Positions 1 to 9,964 are shown, counted from the stretch's first letter. The stretch: DNA of 64,000 nt from an uncultured Spirochaetota bacterium (GCA_963734545.1 CAVTHO010000008.1:448001-512000), one strand, 5' to 3'. A program made the numbers and translations. The notes: generated from the letters alone by a model not told the origin.

Positions 1-943
1 AGTTCTGCTGGCTGGGCGTCTGCTCCATGAGCATGAAGGGCTGCCCGGCTCTCAGCCCCCGCATGAGGTCGTGCCGCATGGCGATGTCGCTGACGGGCGT
101 GTCCAGGCTGGGGTAGCTGTCCCAGGAGACGACGTCCATTTCACGCGCCCAGCGGAAGTAGTCCAGCGCCTTGAAGGTGCCCATCAGGTTCGTCGTCACC
201 GGGACATCCGGCGTGATCGACTTGAGGGCGTCGCGCTCGGCCTTGAAGCATTCCAGAAGGCTCTCGGAGTTGAACCGGTAGTAGTCGAGCGTGATCCCCT
301 GGAAAACGGTGCGGGTGGCGTCCAGATGCTCGCTCAGGAGGCTGGGGAGCACGATCTGGTCCCAGTCGGCAAGCGTGTGCCCCCAGAAGCTCGTGTTCCA
401 GGCTTCATTCAGGCTGTCCAGAGAGCGGTAGCGCTGTTTCAGCCAGCCGCGGAATGCCCGCTCGCAGTTCTCGCAGTAGCAGCTTCCCCCGTATTCGTTG
501 TTGACGTGCCATGCGACGAGGGCCGGGTGCTTCCCGTAGCGCTCCGCCATCCGCCGGGCGAGCGCCGGCGCCAGGCGGCGGAAGGTGGGGCTGTTCGGGC
601 AGAAGTTGTGCCTCCCGCCGAACTTCCGCCTGTGGCCTTCGATCGTCGTCCGCAGCACGTCCGGATAGCGGGTGGCCATCCAGGCCGGCACGGCAGCGGT
701 GGAGGTGGCGACGCACGCGGAGATCCCGTTCGCGGACAGGAGGTCCATGACCCTGTCCAGCCAGGAGAAATCGTACGTCGACTCGTCCGGTTGGAGCCGG
801 GCCCACGCGAAGACGGGCAGGGTGGCCACGTCGATGCCGGCCAGCTTGAGAAGCCTCATGTCCTCCTGCCAGGTTTCCTCGGGCCATTGGTCGGGATTGT
901 AGTCCCCGCCGAACCAGATCTTGGGCAGCTTCGTGTTGATCAT
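1..943 (-). CDS. GH42 beta-galactosidase (3' end runs off window)
   Basis: Not in ORF track. Manual translation gives MINTKLPKIWFGGDYNPDQWPEETW..., WHVNNEYGGSCYCENC (acid/base Glu, Cys cluster) and FMLMEQTPS (nucleophile). RBS GGAAGGAG upstream. Confidence 0.92.
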   Translation of the reverse strand, partial: MINTKLPKIWFGGDYNPDQWPEETWQEDMRLLKLAGIDVATLPVFAWARLQPDESTYDFSWLDRVMDLLSANGISACVATSTAAVPAWMATRYPDVLRTTIEGHRRKFGGRHNFCPNSPTFRRLAPALARRMAERYGKHPALVAWHVNNEYGGSCYCENCERAFRGWLKQRYRSLDSLNEAWNTSFWGHTLADWDQIVLPSLLSEHLDATRTVFQGITLDYYRFNSESLLECFKAERDALKSITPDVPVTTNLMGTFKALDYFRWAREMDVVSWDSYPSLDTPVSDIAMRHDLMRGLRAGQPFMLMEQTPSQQN

Positions 944-1071
944 GAGCGCTCCTTCCGCCGCGAGTATACCCGAAGGCCCCGCGCTTGACTCGCCTCCTGT
1001 CGAGGAGTAGAGATAACTCCATGAGAAGGCCAGCTCAGCCGGTCGCAGCCGCCGACCAGGAAGGGACCCTC

Positions 1072-3636
1072 ATGAAGGCGTGCGCGCTTTCTCCCGAGGA
1101 TTGCCTCGCCCTGCTGGCCACGCGTGAAAAGGGCTTGTCGGAGGAAGAGGCCGAGGAGAAGCGGAGGCAGTTCGGCGCCAACGAGGTGATCACCAGGCAG
1201 GGCGGCGCGCTGCTGCGTACCTACCACAGATTCGCGAATCCCCTGGTCATCCAGCTCCTCATAATCGCCGGGGTATCCTTCTTCATGGGGGACCTCCGCT
1301 CCACCATCGTCGTCGGAGGCATGGTCCTCATCAGTGTCGGGCTCTCCTCCCTCCAGGAGGAGAGATCAGGGCGGGCGGTAGAGAAGCTCCAGGCAATGGT
1401 CCGCACAACGGTGAATGTTCTGCGGGGGGGCAGGGACACGGAGATCCCGCTTGCAGAGGTCGTGCCGGGGGATGTCGTCCTGCTCGACGCAGGTTCGCTC
1501 GTGCCCGCTGACCTCCGACTGATTTCGACGAAGGATTTCTTCGTCAGCCAGAGCGCCCTGACGGGAGAGTCGATGCCGGTGGAGAAGAGCGCCGCCGCCG
1601 TACAGGGCAACGGCAGATCGGCACTCGAGCTCCCCAACGCATGCTTCCAGGGCAGCAACGTGCTCTCGGGAAGTGCACGGGGCGTCGTGATCAACACGGG
1701 AGCGCGTACGTACTTCGGCGCCATCACCCGCAGGCTTGCCGGCCAGCGCTCAAAGACGAGCTTTGACAAGGGGATCGCGGGATTCACCTGGCTCATGATC
1801 CGCTTCATGGTCGTGATGGTGGCCGTGGTGTTCCTCATCATCGGCATCACGAAGCACAACTGGATGGATGCACTGCTGTTCGGGCTTGCGGTTGCTGTTG
1901 GTCTCACCCCTGAAATGCTTCCCATGATCGTCACGGTGAACCTGGCCAAGGGCGCCCTGGCGATGTCGAAGAAAAAGGTCATCGTCAAAAAGCTGAACTC
2001 CATCCAGAATTTCGGGGCCATCGACATCCTGTGCACCGACAAGACGGGCACTCTGACCCAGGACCGGGTCATTCTTGAAAAGTACGTGGATGTCTCCGGC
2101 AAGCAGAGCGACGAAGTCCTCCGCTATTCCTATATGAACAGCTTCTATCAGACGGGACTGCGCAACCTCCTGGACAGGGCCGTGCTCGCCCATGGCGAGT
2201 TCGAGGTGGAGCGCCGGTGCCGGAAGGTGGACGAAATCCCGTTCGATTTCACGCGCAAGCGCATGTCGGTGGTCGTGGAGTACGAGGGCGCCCACGTGCT
2301 GATCTGCAAGGGCGCGGTGGAGGATGTGTTCAAGGCCTGCGCTTCCTACCAGGTGGAGGACGACGTCCTCCCCATGATCGAGATGATCCGCCAGGACGTG
2401 CTGGAGGACTACGAGGCGCTGAGCGCGGACGGCTACCGGGTGCTCGCCATTGCCTACCGCGAGTTCCCGCGCGACAAGACAGTTTTTGCCGCCGCGGATG
2501 AGAGCGACATGATCCTCCTGGGTTACATTGCCTTCTTCGATCCTCCCAAGGAAACCACGGCGCAGTCCCTGAAGGCCCTGAAAGAAGCCGGGGTCGCTGT
2601 GAAGATCCTCACCGGCGATAATGATCTGGTCACGCGCAAGGTCTGCAAGGACGTGGGCATCGACGTGGCGCACCTTGTGACCGGGCCCCAACTCCAGGGG
2701 CTCACGCCGGAACAGCTGGTCGAGACAGCCGAGAAGGCCACTGTGCTCGCGCGCCTGTCTCCCACTCAGAAGGAACAGGTGATCGAGGCCCTGCAGAGCA
2801 AGGGACACGTCGTCGGGTTCATGGGTGACGGCATCAATGACGCCCCCGCCCTCAAAAAGGCGGACGTCGGCATCTCGGTGGACACGGCGGTGGACGTGGC
2901 CAAGGAGTCCGCCGACATCGTGCTGCTGGAGAAGAGCCTGCTGGTCCTGGATGACGGCATCATTGAGGGAAGAAAGGTCTTCGGAAACATCATCAAATAC
3001 ATCCGCATGGGGGCAAGCTCCAATTTCGGCAACATGTTCAGCGTCGTGGGGGGCAGCTTCTTCCTCCCCTTCCTCCCCATGCTCCCCATCCAGGTCCTCA
3101 CGAACAACATGCTCTACGATGTGTCCCAGATCGGGATTCCGTCCGACACGGTGGACCCGGAGTTCACCACCGTGCCGAGGAAATGGAACATCGGCAACAT
3201 CAGGCGGTTCATGTACTTCATCGGCCCCATGAGCTCCATTTTCGACTACGCCACCTTCTTCCTTATGCTCTACTTCTTCGGGTGCATCGGCTTTACAGCG
3301 GCCGGCACGAGCCCGGCCATGAAGGCGCACTACGAGGCGCTCTTCCACACGGGATGGTTCGTGGAATCCATTCTCACACAGACCCTCATCGTGCACGTCA
3401 TCCGCACCCGAAAGATCCCTTTCATCCAGAGCCGCGCCAGCCCCGTCATGCTCTTCTTCACCCTGCTGGTCATGGCCATCGGCGCCGCGCTCCCGTACAG
3501 CCCGCTGGCGGGTTTTCTGGGTCTCGTCCCCCTGCCGGCAATCTTCTGGGCGTGGATCGCCGGGTTCCTCGTGATCTACTGCGGCCTCACTCACGTGGTG
3601 AAAACCTGGTTCTTCCGGAAATTTGGAGTGGATTGA
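1072..3636 (+). CDS. mgtA: Mg2+-translocating P-type ATPase
   Basis: TGES, PEMLP, DKTGTLT, GDGINDAP, ASSNFGN and TGWFVES motifs. Start could also be 1021. Confidence 0.93.
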   Translation: MKACALSPEDCLALLATREKGLSEEEAEEKRRQFGANEVITRQGGALLRTYHRFANPLVIQLLIIAGVSFFMGDLRSTIVVGGMVLISVGLSSLQEERSGRAVEKLQAMVRTTVNVLRGGRDTEIPLAEVVPGDVVLLDAGSLVPADLRLISTKDFFVSQSALTGESMPVEKSAAAVQGNGRSALELPNACFQGSNVLSGSARGVVINTGARTYFGAITRRLAGQRSKTSFDKGIAGFTWLMIRFMVVMVAVVFLIIGITKHNWMDALLFGLAVAVGLTPEMLPMIVTVNLAKGALAMSKKKVIVKKLNSIQNFGAIDILCTDKTGTLTQDRVILEKYVDVSGKQSDEVLRYSYMNSFYQTGLRNLLDRAVLAHGEFEVERRCRKVDEIPFDFTRKRMSVVVEYEGAHVLICKGAVEDVFKACASYQVEDDVLPMIEMIRQDVLEDYEALSADGYRVLAIAYREFPRDKTVFAAADESDMILLGYIAFFDPPKETTAQSLKALKEAGVAVKILTGDNDLVTRKVCKDVGIDVAHLVTGPQLQGLTPEQLVETAEKATVLARLSPTQKEQVIEALQSKGHVVGFMGDGINDAPALKKADVGISVDTAVDVAKESADIVLLEKSLLVLDDGIIEGRKVFGNIIKYIRMGASSNFGNMFSVVGGSFFLPFLPMLPIQVLTNNMLYDVSQIGIPSDTVDPEFTTVPRKWNIGNIRRFMYFIGPMSSIFDYATFFLMLYFFGCIGFTAAGTSPAMKAHYEALFHTGWFVESILTQTLIVHVIRTRKIPFIQSRASPVMLFFTLLVMAIGAALPYSPLAGFLGLVPLPAIFWAWIAGFLVIYCGLTHVVKTWFFRKFGVD

Positions 3637-3657
3637 AATGTCACCAGGAGTGACCAC

Positions 3658-4464
3658 ATGAAAAGCCTCCTCGATGCGCTTCAGGAAGGGCGGCTTATCG
3701 AGCTTCCCGAGATCGACAAGGGAAAAATCCTGAACCTGCTGGCCACCCTGATCGAGGCCATCCCGGACTTCCGCGGCGGAGTCGATTTCGCGGGCGCTGT
3801 TGCGGTCCGGGAGAATGCCGCAAATACCGCTATCGGCCTCGGATGGGCATGTCCCCACGGCCGCGTCTCCGGTGAAGGAGATCTTTTCTGCGCCATCGGC
3901 TGGAGCCCCACGGGCATCGACTACGGCGCCCCGGATGGCAAGCCCGTGCGCATCGTGGTCATGCATTACATCCCGGATTCGCAGAAGAACGTGTACTTGA
4001 GGGAGATCTCCGGGCTCGCCAAGGCCATCAAGGCCAATCCTGCGCTGGGCGAGATGTCCAGCCTGAAAGACCTCGGCGAAGCGAGGCACCGTCTCATCGA
4101 TCTTCTGACTGCCGCCGTCGACAGCGCCCTCCCGGACGTGAAAGCGCGCATGATTCAGCTCGAGGCCAAGCAGGCCGTGTCCGCTCTTGCCCAGACCCTG
4201 CCGGCGGATGTTCTGGCGTCGCTCAACCTGATACCCCTCACCATCGTGGTGGTGCCGGGAGCAAAGCCCCTCGTGCTTGCGCAGGACAAGGAAATCGTGC
4301 TGCAGATAGAGACCACGCCTGAAATGGCGGCGCCGCTCGCCGCCCGCATCCCATTCGACAAGGCAGGATATCGCATCATCACGAGATCTGTTTCATCCTA
4401 CTTGCCGGATCGGCTGCTGTATGAATGCATCGCGGTGAAGCTGGCGGGAAGCCAGGGCAAATAG
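3658..4464 (+). CDS. PTS EIIA (PtsN/Fru-type) domain protein with C-terminal extension
   Basis: RE...TAIGLGWACPHGR and GIDYGAPDGKPVRIV motifs of EIIA-2 domain, followed by ~115 extra aa. RBS AGGAG. Confidence 0.8.
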   Translation: MKSLLDALQEGRLIELPEIDKGKILNLLATLIEAIPDFRGGVDFAGAVAVRENAANTAIGLGWACPHGRVSGEGDLFCAIGWSPTGIDYGAPDGKPVRIVVMHYIPDSQKNVYLREISGLAKAIKANPALGEMSSLKDLGEARHRLIDLLTAAVDSALPDVKARMIQLEAKQAVSALAQTLPADVLASLNLIPLTIVVVPGAKPLVLAQDKEIVLQIETTPEMAAPLAARIPFDKAGYRIITRSVSSYLPDRLLYECIAVKLAGSQGK

Positions 4465-4476
4465 AGGAGGACGGCA

Positions 4477-5220
4477 ATGTCGGCACGCATGAGCTATCAG
4501 GGCCTCGTGGAGAAGGTGTTTTTCAAGGGCCGGAGCTCCCGCGCGAGCGAAGCCTTTGCCTATATCGCCGCGAATCTCTTTCTGCTCCTGATCGTGTTCT
4601 ACATCTTCCTGAACACGATCGTGTACGACTGGACGGGCGCCCTGTACACGCGGGGGTTTCATCTCAACACGGCCCTGGACAACCTGATCCCCTTTGCGCC
4701 GGAATGGGCCATCTTCTACCTGTACCTTTTCTACCCGCTCTCCGCCGTCACCATGGCCTGGTTCGCCCTCATCGAATACAAGAAGGGAATCGCCCTTGCC
4801 TTCTCCCTCGTGCTCATCAACCTGGCCGCAGACCTCGTCTACATCGTGTTTCCGGTGACCACCGACATCTACCGTGAGGCGCTCCTGGCTCACCCGCTCA
4901 CCGGAAACCCTTTTGCCGCGGCGATGTATGCGCACTACGGGAAGGATCCCTCGTTCAACTGCTTTCCCAGTCTCCACGCCGCCGTGTCGGTGATCTGCTT
5001 CTACGCCTGGTACCGATATGCGCGCGTGAAACCCAACCGGATCACGCGCGCCATCGCCATCGGGATGCTGGTCGTGGCGATCGGCGTCGTGCTCTCCACG
5101 CTCTTCGTCAAGCAGCACTACATTGCCGACGAGATTGCGGGGATCGTCCTTGCGTGGGCGGTCGGGAAGTGGATGTTCGATCTCTTCTGGAAACCAAAAA
5201 CTCACGCCCCGCAGGGGTAG
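4477..5220 (+). CDS. PAP2-superfamily membrane phosphatase/phosphotransferase (AUR1/IPC-synthase-like)
   Basis: NCFPSLH and STLFVKQHYIAD motifs; multiple TM helices. Confidence 0.8.
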   Translation: MSARMSYQGLVEKVFFKGRSSRASEAFAYIAANLFLLLIVFYIFLNTIVYDWTGALYTRGFHLNTALDNLIPFAPEWAIFYLYLFYPLSAVTMAWFALIEYKKGIALAFSLVLINLAADLVYIVFPVTTDIYREALLAHPLTGNPFAAAMYAHYGKDPSFNCFPSLHAAVSVICFYAWYRYARVKPNRITRAIAIGMLVVAIGVVLSTLFVKQHYIADEIAGIVLAWAVGKWMFDLFWKPKTHAPQG

Positions 5221-5225
5221 TCCCG

Positions 5226-5279
5226 CTGTTATAACAGTTCGTTAATAAATCTTCATCAAACATTAATGCCTCATTAATG
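5226..5279. promoter_or_regulatory. AT-rich operator-like region upstream of sigma factor gene
   Basis: Palindrome CTGTTATAACAG (5226-5237) and CATTAATG twice at 11-bp spacing (5261, 5272). Confidence 0.4.
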
Positions 5280-5330
5280 GAGCGCGGCTGCATCTGGGAG
5301 TAGATTCATCGCGTATACAGAGCAAGTGAG

Positions 5331-6182
5331 GTGAGCATGAACAACGCGCTGGCAAAAAGGGAACGCAGGCCCGGGGGTGAGAAAGACAATCTTCTCTCCC
5401 TTTACCTCAAGGACATCAACAAGGTCCCGCTCCTCACCCGCAGAGAGGAAGAGTCACTGGCCCGGGAGGCCGTCCGGGGAAATACCGCGGCCAAGGAAAG
5501 GCTCATACGCGCGAATCTCCGGTTCGTGGTGAATGTCGCGAAGAAATACCAGCACAAGGGTCTTCCGCTGGAAGACCTCATCAGCGAGGGCAACATCGGC
5601 CTCATGCGGGCGATCGATCGCTTCGACGTGGAAAAGGGCTATCATTTCATCTCGTATGCCGTCTGGTGGGTCAGGCAGGCCATCCTGAGCGCCCTCAGCG
5701 AGAAATCGCGAACCATCCGGCTTCCCACGAACAGGGCCCTGGAGCTGTCGAAGATCCAGAAGGAGGAGGGAGAGAAAACCTCGGCCACCGGCAGCGCGGC
5801 CAGCCTCCTGCTCGTCGGCCGCGAGCCCCTGTCTCTGGACGCGCCTTCCGGTCCGGATGACGACTCCGCTCCCTTCGGTGAAACGGTGGAAGACAGGGCG
5901 GCCCCCCGGCAGGACGAGCTCGCCATAGAAAGCTGCCTGCGGGAAGAGATCAACACGGTGCTCGGTTCTCTTGCCCGCAAGGAATCGGAGATCATCCAGT
6001 ACCGGTTCGGTCTCAACGGCAGGAAGGCTCTCTCCCTCAGAGAGCTGGGAACGAGATTCCGGCTGACAAAAGAGAGGATACGCCAGATCGAAAAGAAGGC
6101 GATCCGGCAGCTCCAGAGCTCCACCCGGAGCGGCATGCTGCGCGCCTACATGGACATCAGCGCCGAAAAGCTGCCCGTGTAG
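5331..6182 (+). CDS. RNA polymerase sigma-70 family factor (group 2/RpoS-like)
   Basis: YLKDINKVPLLT (1.2), ANLRFVVNVAK, DLISEGNIGL, FISYAVWW (2.x) and LTKERIRQIEKKA (4.2). Confidence 0.9.
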   Translation: MSMNNALAKRERRPGGEKDNLLSLYLKDINKVPLLTRREEESLAREAVRGNTAAKERLIRANLRFVVNVAKKYQHKGLPLEDLISEGNIGLMRAIDRFDVEKGYHFISYAVWWVRQAILSALSEKSRTIRLPTNRALELSKIQKEEGEKTSATGSAASLLLVGREPLSLDAPSGPDDDSAPFGETVEDRAAPRQDELAIESCLREEINTVLGSLARKESEIIQYRFGLNGRKALSLRELGTRFRLTKERIRQIEKKAIRQLQSSTRSGMLRAYMDISAEKLPV

Positions 6183-6204
6183 TACCGCTCGACGGCCGGC
6201 TGTC

Positions 6205-6927
6205 TCAATACACCTTGACGAGCACGGAGGCGCCGGAAAGATTGTTCGTCTGGATCAAAGGGCTTCCAATGTAGTAGAGCGTCGAGGCGCCGCTTGCGGA
6301 GAGGCTGATCTGATCTGCGTTTATCCATGCCTCGCTCGCCCCGCTCACGGCCACCGTTGCCCGGGTGGCCGCGCACGCCAGGAGATTGGCCGTGCTCGCT
6401 CCCGAGACAATCACCGTCTCGCTGCCGGTCGTGCCGCCGATGCTGAGAGAGCTCGCTCCGGAGAGGTCCGCATTCACGGCAGCGCAGGACAGGCCCTTGA
6501 TATCCGCGAAACCTGCGCCTGAAAGAATCACCTCCAACGACTGCGTCGAAGCGAATCCGGAGTCGACCCTGGCCTCGGAGGCCCCGGACAGGTCGAGACC
6601 GACAAGAACGGGCATGTGCACTTCCGCATTGAACGTGATGCCGTGATAATTGTACCCCTGCGCCAGCCCGATCAGCACCGAGCCGGCACCGTTCCTCCTG
6701 ACATCCATGTAGGGGAGGAGATTGTCGTCAGATGTCACCCTGAGCGAATAGGCCGCGTCAGGCACCACATGCACCCGGCACGCGTGGGTCGCGGTGATGG
6801 TGGAAAAGTCGGCGAAACCATAGGTCGATGTGGTCAGGTAGCCGGATCCCTGCACCAGGGGAAAGAAATCGCACCCGTTCAGCAACGCGACAGCGGCGGC
6901 GCACAGAACCGGAATAACGCGCTTCAT
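6205..6927 (-). CDS. DUF2807/GIN-domain beta-helical lipoprotein
   Basis: Lipobox LLNGC, DDNLL motif and repeated (L/V)SGAS units. Confidence 0.8.
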   Translation of the reverse strand: MKRVIPVLCAAAVALLNGCDFFPLVQGSGYLTTSTYGFADFSTITATHACRVHVVPDAAYSLRVTSDDNLLPYMDVRRNGAGSVLIGLAQGYNYHGITFNAEVHMPVLVGLDLSGASEARVDSGFASTQSLEVILSGAGFADIKGLSCAAVNADLSGASSLSIGGTTGSETVIVSGASTANLLACAATRATVAVSGASEAWINADQISLSASGASTLYYIGSPLIQTNNLSGASVLVKVY

Positions 6928-7142
6928 GTCCATTGAATCCCCCGGGGGGAGGATACCGTCACCGCGGAAGGGCGGCATTTGCGGCGGCCCCTGTTTTTCC
7001 GGAGCTACCCACACGCCCCTATGGAAAATGACGAATTGAGAAGGGGCACTTCTAAATTCCTCGAAAACGCCAATGGCGGGGCGTGCCTCGCCAGATCTGT
7101 GCCGTGCTTGCATCAACGCGCGTTTCCAGTATGCTTTGAGAC

Positions 7143-7694
7143 ATGTCGACCACATCATCCGGCTCGCGTACCGCCCCGACGTCGCTGCCCCTCCGGCAGA
7201 GGCCGCTCGATATCGTGATCCTGGGGTATCTCATCTTCAACCTCGTTGCGATCACGTACCTCTTCGACCTGGAGCAGATCCTCATTCCCGACACGTCCCA
7301 TTTCATCTATCCGGCATGGCCGCCGCGATTCATCGTGGATCTTTCTCACTGGTGGGGTCGGAATTTCGATCCCCTCCTCTTCGCGCGGCCGCCCTGGTGG
7401 CGCGCGACGATCTGGATCGACGCGGTCCTTTTCGGACCGTACTCCGTGTTCGCGATCTATGCCTTCATCAAGGGCAGGAACTGGATCAGGATGCCGAGCA
7501 TCATGTATGCCTCGATCATGCTGACGAATGTCACCATTATCATGAGTGAGGAGATCTGGGGACCGCACGCCACGCCGCACCTGGCTGCGGTGATCGGCGC
7601 CAACGCTTCCTGGATTATCGTTCCCCTGCTTATTCTTTTCCGGATGCGCCGGGACCCGTTCCCCTCTTATTCTCCCCGCGCCGCGGCGGAGTAA
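7143..7694 (+). CDS. EXPERA (EBP/TM6SF2-like) membrane protein
   Basis: 4 TM helices with D-x-E in TM1, DPLLFARPPWW, WID...FGPY and N..WIIVPL pattern. Confidence 0.65.
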   Translation: MSTTSSGSRTAPTSLPLRQRPLDIVILGYLIFNLVAITYLFDLEQILIPDTSHFIYPAWPPRFIVDLSHWWGRNFDPLLFARPPWWRATIWIDAVLFGPYSVFAIYAFIKGRNWIRMPSIMYASIMLTNVTIIMSEEIWGPHATPHLAAVIGANASWIIVPLLILFRMRRDPFPSYSPRAAAE

Positions 7695-9010
7695 CCCTCC
7701 AGGACGCGACGGACACTTTCACGCAGGAGCTCCCGAGGGTCCGTTCCCAGCCGGCCTTCGCGCACGGCCGCGTAGTGGAGCGGCAGGAACTGGCTCAGGA
7801 GCGTACCGGGGATCGCGGCATGCCGCAGGTTGGCAAGGAGCCTCTCAACAGCGTCCGCTACAGCCGGTTTGCTCCAGTAATAGCGGCTGCGATCTGAGAG
7901 ACTGTATCTGCGTGCCCGCCTCTTCTGGGACTGGCTGCCTCCGTAATAGTCCTTCCAATGCCCGGGCTCGGCAACCATGGCGCGTTCCAGCGTCTCTGAC
8001 AGATCCGACCGCTCCGCGGCGGCCCCCTGCAACAGCTCCTGCTCGATGAGCTCCAGGCTGAAGAGGCACTCGCGCAGGGCAAAGGTGAGAGCCGGGCCCA
8101 CCTTCAGAATCGCGACGCCGTCTTCGACGAGCTCTCTCAAGTGGGCCACGGTCTGGTAGTCGGTGGAGTGACCCTCGAGGACCATGTCCGGCAGCCGGCG
8201 CGCCGCGTTGCAGAGCGGCGCGGCCCTGGCCCGGTCGTATGCGCGCACTTCCTGGTCTCCGTATTCCACCCCCGGCTGCGTCACGACAGCGCACACTCTT
8301 GTCCATGCCGCTTCCAGACCGCGGGCGCGAAAAGCCGTCTTGCAGAGAGAGACGGACTCGAGCAGGTCTTCCACGGCCGTGATGGCGAGCGGCGTCGGGC
8401 CTTCCCGCTCTGACAGCTCCGCCGCTGCCGAAATCCCGCCGGGAGCCGGGACCTCTGTGCCGATCACGTACACCGGCAGCGTGGCGCCGGAGCGCGGGCC
8501 GCGCGCCTCTCCCCGCGCGTCCTCCGCTGCCGCGGCCAGCTCCGCTTCCCGCTGTGCGACCAGTCGGGGATCCAGGGCGCCGTGCCGGTCAATCGGATCT
8601 CCGCCAAGCGGCATGCTTGCATCGAGATGGATCTTCGTGAATCCCGCGTGGATGCTCGCTGCCACAAGGTCGCGCGCTTTTTTCAATGCCGCCTCGGCGC
8701 GCTCGGACCTCCAGGGGTAGGGGCCAAGGTGATCTCCGCCCAGGATCAGCCGATCCGGGGGGAACCCCGATTCCGCCCCCACCCTGCCGACGAAATCCCC
8801 CCAGTCCTTCGGGGTAAGGCCGGTATAGCCGCCGAACTGGTTGACCTGGTTGACCGTGGATTCGATCAGCGCCGGAAGCCCGTCCCGCAGGGCCTGCATA
8901 AAAGCGGCCTCGAGGACAATGCGGTGCGCGCTGCAGACGGAGCCGATGCCGCGCGCCGTGCCGCTCTTCTGGGATGCAATGAGCTCACGGAAGAAACCCT
9001 GCGCAGGCAA
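7667..9010 (-). CDS. gatZ: GatZ/KbaZ family tagatose-6-phosphate 4-epimerase / aldolase non-catalytic subunit
   Basis: SVCSAH, NQVNQFGGYTG, GGDHLGP, KIHLDAS, VIGTEVP, EGHSTDYQ, LKVGPALTF and SDRSRYYW motifs. Confidence 0.88.
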   Translation of the reverse strand: MPAQGFFRELIASQKSGTARGIGSVCSAHRIVLEAAFMQALRDGLPALIESTVNQVNQFGGYTGLTPKDWGDFVGRVGAESGFPPDRLILGGDHLGPYPWRSERAEAALKKARDLVAASIHAGFTKIHLDASMPLGGDPIDRHGALDPRLVAQREAELAAAAEDARGEARGPRSGATLPVYVIGTEVPAPGGISAAAELSEREGPTPLAITAVEDLLESVSLCKTAFRARGLEAAWTRVCAVVTQPGVEYGDQEVRAYDRARAAPLCNAARRLPDMVLEGHSTDYQTVAHLRELVEDGVAILKVGPALTFALRECLFSLELIEQELLQGAAAERSDLSETLERAMVAEPGHWKDYYGGSQSQKRRARRYSLSDRSRYYWSKPAVADAVERLLANLRHAAIPGTLLSQFLPLHYAAVREGRLGTDPRELLRESVRRVLEGYSAAARGE

Positions 9011-9016
9011 TCCACC

Positions 9017-9964
9017 CTACCTTCGCCGCATGACGGCCGACACGGCGCGCGGGCTGATCCTGCCCTCCATCGGGCCGAAGGCCTGCGCGTTGAGGGCGCC
9101 CGCGGCAGCGGCCATGCGCGCGGACTGTTCGAGGTTCCTGCCTTCGAGCTGGCCGCAGAGAAAACCCGCGTCAAAGCAGTCTCCTGCGCCGGTCGGGTCC
9201 ACTTCCCTGACGGGGAATGCCGGCACGTCGACGCGCCCCGCCGGCGTGAGCACCGCGCACCCCCTGCTTCCGCGTTTCAGCACGATGGCCTGCAGCGGGT
9301 ACCGGCCGAAAAGAACGCGGGCACCCTCCTCCGTATCGTCTCTGCCGCTCAGCATTGCGAGCTCTTTCTCCCCGGGGAAAAGAATGGAGGCGCGGCGCAG
9401 CACCGGGCCGGCAATCTCCTCCACCGTGCGGCCCACCAGCAGCTCGAACCGGATATTAGGGTCAAAGGTGATCCGGGCCCCGTGCTCCGCAAACAGCTCC
9501 ACCGCCTGGAACACGCGCGCGCGGAACGCGTCATTGGCCATGAGCGAGCATCCCATGACGTGCAGGAACTTCGCTCCCTCCACCTCGGAAGGGTCCGGCA
9601 CGCCCGCCATCACGGCAGGAGTCCCGTCCCAGTGGAAGATGAACCTGCGCGAGCCGTCCTTGAAGTACGTGACGAACGCCACCCCGGTGGAGCGGTTGGG
9701 AAAGACCTCGATGAAGTCCGTGCGGACGCCGTCCGCTTTCAATCGCCGGAGGATGCAGCGGCCGAAATCGTCCTCCCCCACGCCGCTCACGATCGCCGCG
9801 GAATGCCCCAGCCGGGCCACGGTGTCTATGAAGATCCCGGGGGCGCCGCTGGGATACGGCCCGAGGAAGGTCCCTGTCTGCTCCAGCGTCATGCCCGGCT
9901 TCGGGCGCATCACTTCCACCAGGAGCTCCCCCATGATCCAGACGTCGCTCGCCGGGGCCGCCAT
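9017..9964 (-). CDS. PfkB family sugar kinase
   Basis: GPYPSGAPGIF, FDPNIR and DPTGAGDCF motifs. Confidence 0.9.
   Translation of the reverse strand: MAAPASDVWIMGELLVEVMRPKPGMTLEQTGTFLGPYPSGAPGIFIDTVARLGHSAAIVSGVGEDDFGRCILRRLKADGVRTDFIEVFPNRSTGVAFVTYFKDGSRRFIFHWDGTPAVMAGVPDPSEVEGAKFLHVMGCSLMANDAFRARVFQAVELFAEHGARITFDPNIRFELLVGRTVEEIAGPVLRRASILFPGEKELAMLSGRDDTEEGARVLFGRYPLQAIVLKRGSRGCAVLTPAGRVDVPAFPVREVDPTGAGDCFDAGFLCGQLEGRNLEQSARMAAAAGALNAQAFGPMEGRISPRAVSAVMRRR

Noticed and set aside
944-1071. M-box or mgtA-leader riboswitch
   Set aside because: The intergenic space is short, shared with the divergent GH42 promoter, and shows no recognisable conserved structure or proline-rich leader.
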